Shown: positions 55,988 to 64,000 of the stretch, one piece after another | How the letters are laid out: every line of letters begins with the position of its first letter | How positions within the stretch are numbered: the stretch's first letter is position 1 | Assembly: GCF_964355755.1 (NCBI RefSeq) | Contig: NC_092676.1 | Location: forward strand, 1,369,788-1,433,787 | Source: Antedon mediterranea | Taxonomy: Eukaryota; Animalia; Echinodermata | Length of the DNA: 64,000 bases | Direction: 5' to 3' | The notes under the pieces: generated by a model | Databases searched by the model: none | Seen by the model: the letters and a program-made list of their open reading frames with translations, nothing else | What the model was told of the DNA's origin: nothing | Translations under genes and position numbers: made by a program

Positions 55988-58309
55988 CTTGTTAAAGTAC
56001 ACCAGCTTTTAAGTTTTATATAGTATCATATTACTTATAACTTTGTGAGATAATTTCCTGCATGATCGTAATCAAAACGGTACTGGGTTTGGTCTACTAG
56101 CGTTCCTGCTCCCAACTTTTCATCCATTCATAGAAGGCTTGATGAAGTAAGCCTACCTGGTGGTGGCCATAGAACAGTCCCGAGATAATGACTACACTTC
56201 GACCTTTATTGGCGATAGAAGATTGAAATATTGTTAGAGATAGAGTATACGATGTTTGATTATGTGTAGATCGTGAGGTAATTTCCCGCATGATCATAAT
56301 CAAAACGGTACTGGGTTTGTATCATATTACTTATAACTTTTGGAGGACAGTTTACTGGGCCCATTTTGTCTTCAGTCATTCCCTCCCTCTATTCATTTAA
56401 GCATAGAGCAATTTGACTGTGATTTAACTTTCTTTTAATCTCACCACACTAAAACATCTCAAAAGCAAATTTTATATAGTAGATTTTTTTTTAAATATTT
56501 TTAGGATATTAAATACATTAGATTAGATTACAATAGTAGGCCTATATTATGCACTGCGACACACCCGACACACCCGACAAACCCCGCTCCCACTTCCAGC
56601 ATTTCATTATGCCATAACATATACATGTATATAACTCAAAGCTAGATATGATTTTATCTGATGGATTTTGACAACTTCTACATATAGCCAAGGCTGATAG
56701 AATCAACTTAATTACCAAATTAGGATTAATTTAAAGTCGCAGAGCCCACAGCAAAGTTCTTGTTCTATTTCAATGTAATTAATTGTATAGCCTTGAATAG
56801 ACCAAGAATTATTATGTACTTTTACTAGTTTAACAAACTGGAGGACTGATTTGGTGACCCTGTGACCTGCTATTTCTAAATTATTACTTATTAAGTTGTC
56901 ACAAAATACCCTTTGTGTTTCCTAAAGTTTTGAGATGTTTTAAGGTTGGTCGGGTGATCACTTATTAGCTGATTTGATTATTTTATCAAAGGTACAGTAG
57001 CCAGTGAAAATGATCATTTAGTAGAGAGAGTTGGTCAGGGTAGAAAGATTGCCACTCAGAGAAAGATGGTAACTTAGTATGAGAGAGATGGCTACTTAGA
57101 GAAATGGCCACTTACTAGAGATATGGTGACTATTGTATAGAGCTCAGTTGATACTTATTATTACTGCAGCAATTTTGTATAAAGGTAAAAATATTTTGAA
57201 GCCCATAGTCAACTTCCGTTGAATGATAGTCTTTAGTTTGAATAGTGCCCATCGACAAAAAGAGAGGTGAGTGGAGGGTTTGTTCAATTAATTTTTGATG
57301 CAATTTTGGTTACAAAGCTAGAGAAACGCATAAAAGATAGACACCAAAAAAAACCAGAAAATATACCAACTTTCTATTACTGATTATATATACTACTTAT
57401 TCTTTCTGATTTGTTACAAATATTTTTGACAAACACAGAGGGGATTGTAAAAAAATCCCCTTCCTCCTGCTCCATCCTGTTATTTTACTGAAACTGCAAG
57501 TGGGTGGGTAGCTACAAGGCAAACACAAGGGTCATGATATGTGACTAACACTTAAGTTAATTATATTATATATTGTGGGTTGAGACAAGTTAAATTATAC
57601 AGTGAAAACAGATGTATTTTGGTATAGATTTTACAATAGATTATTATCCAAGTATTGTTAAGTCATTGTTCTGAAAACAATACAGTGTTACTAATTTAGA
57701 AATGTCTGGTAAACTTCTGTCATCGATGACATTGTTAGCAGTAATGCTGTATAAGCATTTTCCTGTATATATTGCATACCAACTTACTGTATAACCCGTC
57801 ATATGGGACCTTAAAATATAGGAGATTTTATATAAGCATGGTAAATCAATTGAGGGTTCTATCATAAAAATAATGATACTTCAAAACATAGAGGGCTCAA
57901 TTTAAACAAACAGTGACTGATTCAGGGAGCTTAGTGCGCGCTCCCTAATTTTGACAGTTAAAATGAATTCCTCTTTTGGACTATTTAAAATTAGCTCTCC
58001 CTGTTTGAAAAATGCTGGATCTGGGCCTGACGAATATCAGGCATCAGCATCTATAGTCACTTTCCGAAGCATAGCACCGTTACCATGTGCATTGTGCATT
58101 ATCATATCTATATAGTAAACTATGGGTGTGCAACTCACAAGTCCAAGGCATGGCACCATATATATATCCAAAACAATCAAGAGAAATTACTTCTTGGACA
58201 AGAAATATGGTATTGGGAAACTCTTGTGATTATCAGAAGACTTTGGAGGTCTGTAAAGGCAGTGTTACTGATTTTGAAAATAATAGAATAATAATTATGC
58301 TATAAAGGA

Positions 58310-58422
58310 TTTCACTATATGCATTGCATTTCACTATATGCATTGTATTTCACTATATGCATTGCATTTCACTATATGCATTGCATTTCACTATATGCAT
58401 TGCATTTCACTATATGCATTGC
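58310..58422. repeat. 19-bp tandem repeat
   Basis: (tatgcattgcatttcacta) about 6 copies. Confidence 0.9.
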
Positions 58423-59245
58423 GTCCTTTTAAAAAAATCCTATCTACTTTTACAGGTTATTATTTAAGTATCACATATCACATTATAACATATGATCACA
58501 TTAAAAATGAACCTTTATCCCCGTAACTAATTACTAAATTAACATTAGGTTAAAAATTTAAAATTGAATGTTGAGTGATTGATGTTTAAAAGCGATTCCT
58601 GAGATGTGTTCGGTTTGCAGTGAGATGCATAATCCAATCACTGCATGTACATAGCATATCCTATCATAGCGCATGTATACATTAATATTAATGCAACTTT
58701 TTATTATCAAATATTAGGCTTCTTTCAACACGTGACAAAGTTGATATAATCATGTGCATTTGTAAGATTTACAAATTAGCGGGAGGAAATTAGCATTCAT
58801 CGACAGAAGCTGTTTACACTCTCTTCTTTTAATGCATTCAAATCCTCAATTGCTAATTTTATTCAACTTTCTGAGAAGATTTAACAGAATTGTGTTTACT
58901 GAGAGAATGTTTAATAAGTTCTTTATTTCTTGTCCTGTCTGCTGATGAGACATCCTTATCTTTGTTTATCAAATGTTTATATATGGTCATACAAATTACA
59001 ATTGTTATTTTTTTAATAAAAAAAAAATATTTCGGAAGAGAATTTAGTGATTACGTGAGTGGAGTCATGCTTCGTACGTAATTTATTAATGGATTTAACA
59101 AGATTGACATTTTTAGATTTAATAATTCATTAATTGTGAGAAAAGATTATGTGGCAAATAGTAAGATAATATAATTTGTATCTATGTTGTTATCTAAGTT
59201 TGCGGTACACCACGTATATTAGTTCTGAAAAGAACTGTTGAGTTT

Positions 59246-59285
59246 CTCGACGTTTCAATCAATATGCTTTGATCATCTTCAGGAG
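59246..59285 (-). ncRNA. Minimal type-I hammerhead ribozyme motif (Penelope-type)
   Basis: Minus strand CTC-CTGAAGA-T-GATCAA agcata TTGATT-GAAAC-GTC-GAG: canonical core, stem II, GUC triplet and 3-bp stem I. Confidence 0.65.
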
Positions 59286-62200
59286 TGAGAATGCAGAAAG
59301 TCCAGGAACTTTTTATCTACCAACACTATTAAAGTACCATAAAGTTTTCATACATATTTTGTTTTAATGGTTTCTTTTTGTTTTTTGCACAGGTCCTAAT
59401 TAGTATATAGTATATAAAGGTATATTCTACATAGTTTTTTACTTGTAGTTTTCTTTTCAAATCTGGACCTATGTGTGTCACAGACATACATACATAAAGA
59501 TCTGGTCCACTGAGCTGTAAATGAGTACTTACAGTGCAGTAGTTGAAAAGAGAAAAAGGCTGCATGGAAGCCACCCTACCACATTCAGCTGATTTCCTTA
59601 CCTTCATAATTAATTCACCTTTTCCTTACCCTTACTTACAAAATGGCAAAATAATATTCAATTTTAAGATTAATTAACAATGATTTGATGACATAATTTC
59701 AAGAACGAAAAATAAAAAGAGAATTGAGGAGGGATTGAGAGAAGCCCATATTTTTGCGGATCCTAAATTATACCTGGATGTAACATCAATTAGCTGTTTA
59801 TTTAAATCTTTCTATTTTTAAACTTGTAAATTAAAAACAACACAGACAGACAAATGTCAAATAGTAGTTTTTCAATTAAAAAGAAAACCAAAGATTGTCC
59901 TCAAATGAAGGTCAGATATTCTTAGATCTTTATTTGTACTAAATATATGTATCCTGACTACATGTCATATATATGTATATTAGAGGGTCCCCAAGAGAGT
60001 TTAAGTTTACAAGATTATGAGCTAATTGTGATAGGAAGTGGGTTTAGTAAGGCTTTACCATCCACTGCCCCTGGCTTGTTATTTCACACTGATATACCTA
60101 ACACATAGGGGCAGATCCAGGGAATTTTTAAACAGGGAGAGCACTAACATATAATGATATTAATAACAGTCTGTTAAAACTAAATAAAGAAATGTTAGTT
60201 CATAATGAAATTTTAGCTGTTAAGCTCTTCTACACTATCAAACTAATTTAACGACAAAAAAAGTGTGATGTGCCGCCCAAGTAGGGTAGTGATATGCCCA
60301 AATATGGTGGTGACATCATTATGTCCATATATGGCACATCACATTTTTAAAATAAAGTTCGATAGTGTAGACAGAGCTTAAACAGCCTCTTTTGGGTCAC
60401 CCTCATTAAACAAGAAAATAATAATCTGAATCTGCTCCTCCAAAAAAAAGGTCCTACATGAAAAAGAATTATATATTATCAGTTAATTTTTGTTATAAAT
60501 TTTGTGTTTAATCCTGTTGTACTGTGTATACTAATAAAAATTAAAAATATGTATCATACATTCAAATTCCAAATTTAATTTTTAAAAGCTGTTATTAGGG
60601 TAAAAAGTATTCCAGCATTAATTCAAAATGATGCAAAATTTAATTTAACATTTAATTTTATCAAATCAAAAATTTATTTGAAAATTAAAAGTGAACTTTA
60701 AAAGTACAAAGCTTTGAATCAAAAGGGCACAGAATCAACATTGGTAGGATTGAGTTTAAGAAGTATAGAAAGGGTGGAGAAATTAGTTTAAGTTTGCTTA
60801 AAACTAAGCCTATGTCCCTAGATTTTAAGACCGTCTAAATGACACCAAGGCCATTCCTGTACACGTGATTGCTATCTTTACTCTGCTCTTAATTTAACCC
60901 CTGCTAGCTTGTGTGAATCATTTGGTTTATTCAATTAATTTCCTTACAATTTCACTTTTTCATCAAATCTTAAACGATAGTTAAAATTAAATTTTACCAT
61001 ATCTGGTTTTACATCCTTTGATAAAATTATGTGTAGTGTAAATTACCTCGGGTATCATTTCATAATTATTACAATTTTAATATGAAATATTTGTAAATTC
61101 TGTGTTTTCAATTAGGAACCATATCAAAATTTTTCTACTGCAGTTACTGCAGAACTTGGGTTATCTAGACTAAAGCAATCTATTTTTTAAACCTTCTATT
61201 GTTAATGTGATGTTGTTTTTTTTTAGCAATTTAATGAATTAACCATCACAAATGCAGACAAAATCATAAACAGCCTTTATTTCACTTTTATTTCATATCA
61301 AAATTAGATAATGATATTACCAAAAAGAGTAAACAATATTACAAAGTGGAAGGGGAATTGAACCTAAAAAAAGCACCCATCACAGAGCAGGCCTTGCTGT
61401 TTATATAACTGTCCCATATATTATTACATATTAATTTGGCACCACTAAACCATGAACTTAGTGGATGAATAGAATAAGTAGAATTAATAATATAATCAGA
61501 ACTGTCAATTTTTATTTTGCTGATAATTTGTTTTTGTCAATCATTTTAGTGTTATTGTTCTGTTTTATTGATGAATCGGCAAAAAAATAAATATTTTTGC
61601 CACGCTGAAGATAATTGATGATATAAAAATCAATCACTCATTCATTGAAATATTAATAATTTGAGACGACCAAGTTTGATCATACTAACAGTACCATCAA
61701 TAACCAGGAATAAATTGCTGTCAAATTGCAGTCAGTAATACCACAGTCCAGGGTTCAAATCGTATATTGCTCACAATTGTTTTTTTAAATGTTCTTTTCT
61801 GAAATTATTTCAAATATATGTAGTAATCATGACATTTTCAGAAATTATTCAAACTGTGAATGTATATAATTGCCTACATTTTATTTCAACAATATTCTAC
61901 AAGGTCTATCCAGCTGAAGCTGATCATTAGGGACCCTCACAAAAACACAATATGACAAGACATAAACATGAAACAATTGAAATTAAAATTAAAATAAATA
62001 GATTTATAAAGATTAACAAAATAAAATAATGTGTAATAACGAATGGCATAATAATGAATGCAAAAATGTATTTGGAAACTACACTTTTGAAACAGTAGCA
62101 CACTTCTTGAATGAAGATGCGTCCGGAGTAAGTAAAATAGAAGTTAGAGAAAAAATGATTAACAATAGGCCTATTTACTAACTAAATTATGTACAAGAAA

Positions 62201-63412
62201 AAATAACATTGACAAACTAATACAGGATTTAAAAAGATAACGAATGCAATAATGACCTATATAAAATTATGATTGAATAGAATACAAAAATGTACAGTAC
62301 TAACTCAATAAAAAAAAATTATGAGAAAGTGTAAACATGTATAATGTATATTGCAAAGTGGGAAATAATTAATAACCCTTCTTTCTTGATATCAGACTTG
62401 TCTGTCTACCTTAATAAGTATCAGAATGGACATACAAATATGTGGAATAAGAGTTTAGGAAGATGTAAGAGGAAAGATTGTCGTTTTACAGTATTTAAGA
62501 TTACAAGAGACGTAATAATAAATCTGATAGACGCTTAATAAATCATCCTGGACGCCACGCCATCCTACTAAACCCAACATCCAATTACACAAGTTCCTGC
62601 TTTTTGCCGAGAAAATCACGAATAAATCCACCGTCAGTATTGCAGACTGTCAACTCATTACGACGAGAGTGACCGTGACATTGGGAATATACCCGGCACC
62701 AACTTTCTACGGGAAGTTATCACAAATACCAATCTTGTCAATCAGTTTTTGTCATGGCGTTATCGATGCAAACTATCTTGTCTGCATTTGTAATTTTTTA
62801 AACATTTTTCTTCATCTTTTCAAAGTGCAATGACATTACGATGCCACTTGTTTGTTTGCTTGCTTTCGGGTTTTGTTTGTCGTTGGTTTTTGCAGTCCAT
62901 AGATGTTTCTGTTTTTTTTTTGACGAATGCATTTACTATTATTACTAATTTGTCCATAAACAAATAATTTTTTGTAATGAAAATTCCTTTACTATTATAA
63001 ATTAATTTCTATAAATGTTGCATTTTCAAAATATCCCTTTTAAAATAAGTATTTTATTTTGCAATTTTTTTATTTTAGCAGTATACCTCTAAAAAAGTAA
63101 TGATCTTCTTTTAATTACACTTTTCCAGAAAATTTCAAAAAAGTTAATATGTTATAAATCTCAAGGGGAAAAATGTGTTCAGTGTTGCACACAAAATCTA
63201 AAAATAGCATAAAATTAGTCGGATATCATCTTGCTATGTAAAATCTGGAAGTAAAATGGAATTGACATGTTAGATTTTAGGAGTTAGTAATTAAATAGTG
63301 ACCATTCATCTGTTGTAAATTCTAACTCTCTGAGTCATCATATCCACTACAAGTTATCAAGGGTTTATTTTTTGTACCATTCAGGTTGTAAAAGCGATGT
63401 GTTGTTAACTTA

Positions 63413-63572
63413 AGCTCTGTTTACACTATCAAACTAGTTTGACAAAAAAGTGTGATGTGCTCAAATATGGTAGTGATATGATTAAATATGGTAGTGATAT
63501 GACATCATCATGTCCATATATGGACACATAACATTTTTTTGTCACATCAAGTTTGATAGTGTAGACAGAGCT
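63413..63572. mobile_element. PIF/Harbinger-type MITE; further full or partial copies at ~37634, 39870, 42972, 52336, 54430 and 60223
   Basis: TIRs AGCTCTGT(C/T)TACACTATCAAACT / AGTTTGATAGTGTAGACAGAGCT; TTA TSD; internal ccaaatatggtagtgatat repeats. Confidence 0.88.
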
Positions 63573-64000
63573 TTAGTAGCATTTTTTACTTTGAAAGAAA
63601 CATTTCACATTTATAGAAATTCATTTAAATATTATTTTTTTTTTTAGATCATATTTTTTCTTCCAATATGAAAATTAAATAATCGTTACTTCTTTTATTA
63701 TTTAACTAAAAAATAGATTTTTTTGTAAATCTACTGATTGCAACCTTCACTTAGCTAATGACAATATCCCGTGACTACATTGCCGCAGAATGCATTACTT
63801 CCAATTTTACATATAGTTTACTGGTTGTATAAAATAGTTTACATATTAATTTATAGAAATACTGATAGCTCTACATCAATTATGAAATGGTATATCAATA
63901 GGACTTTGCACAACAATGCCCTGATATTTTTTCAACTTCTTTTGAAGAACTTTACACTAGTGATTGTAATCCACATGTTGTTCAGCATCAAAACAAACAA

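Noticed and set aside
53003-64000. Short ORFs of 60-92 aa in the distal region
   Set aside because: No recognisable motifs; AT-rich intronic and repeat-derived sequence

Overview
AT-rich eukaryotic genomic DNA, most likely from a marine invertebrate (inferred from spliceosomal introns and Penelope, Academ-like, Harbinger, Helentron and tRNA-SINE repeats; the taxon cannot be fixed from sequence alone). Bases ~0.2-42 kb hold a head-to-tail, minus-strand cluster of type-I membrane protein genes with uninterrupted coding sequences. Seven intact or near-intact paralogues, one transposon-split pseudogene and two remnants belong to a novel-looking Ig-domain receptor family with two tail classes. The short tails end in a hemITAM-like LDEDGYLEV, and the long multi-tyrosine tails end in an ITIM-like VHYEVL. 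Two Ig-less, tyrosine-rich, adaptor-like proteins (one with 9 YxxM and 6 YxN motifs in tandem repeats) flank the cluster on one side and a three-Ig CAM-like gene on the other. The paralogues show variable Ig loops, mosaic exchange, domain loss and shared TATA, ETS, IRF-like and C/EBP-type upstream motifs, which suggests a rapidly evolving paired activating/inhibitory immune or allorecognition receptor locus. From 44.7 kb, three plus-strand exons of a glutathionyl-hydroquinone reductase (Xi-class GST, YqjG/ECM4-like) lie among repeat-rich introns. All functional assignments are motif-based inference.
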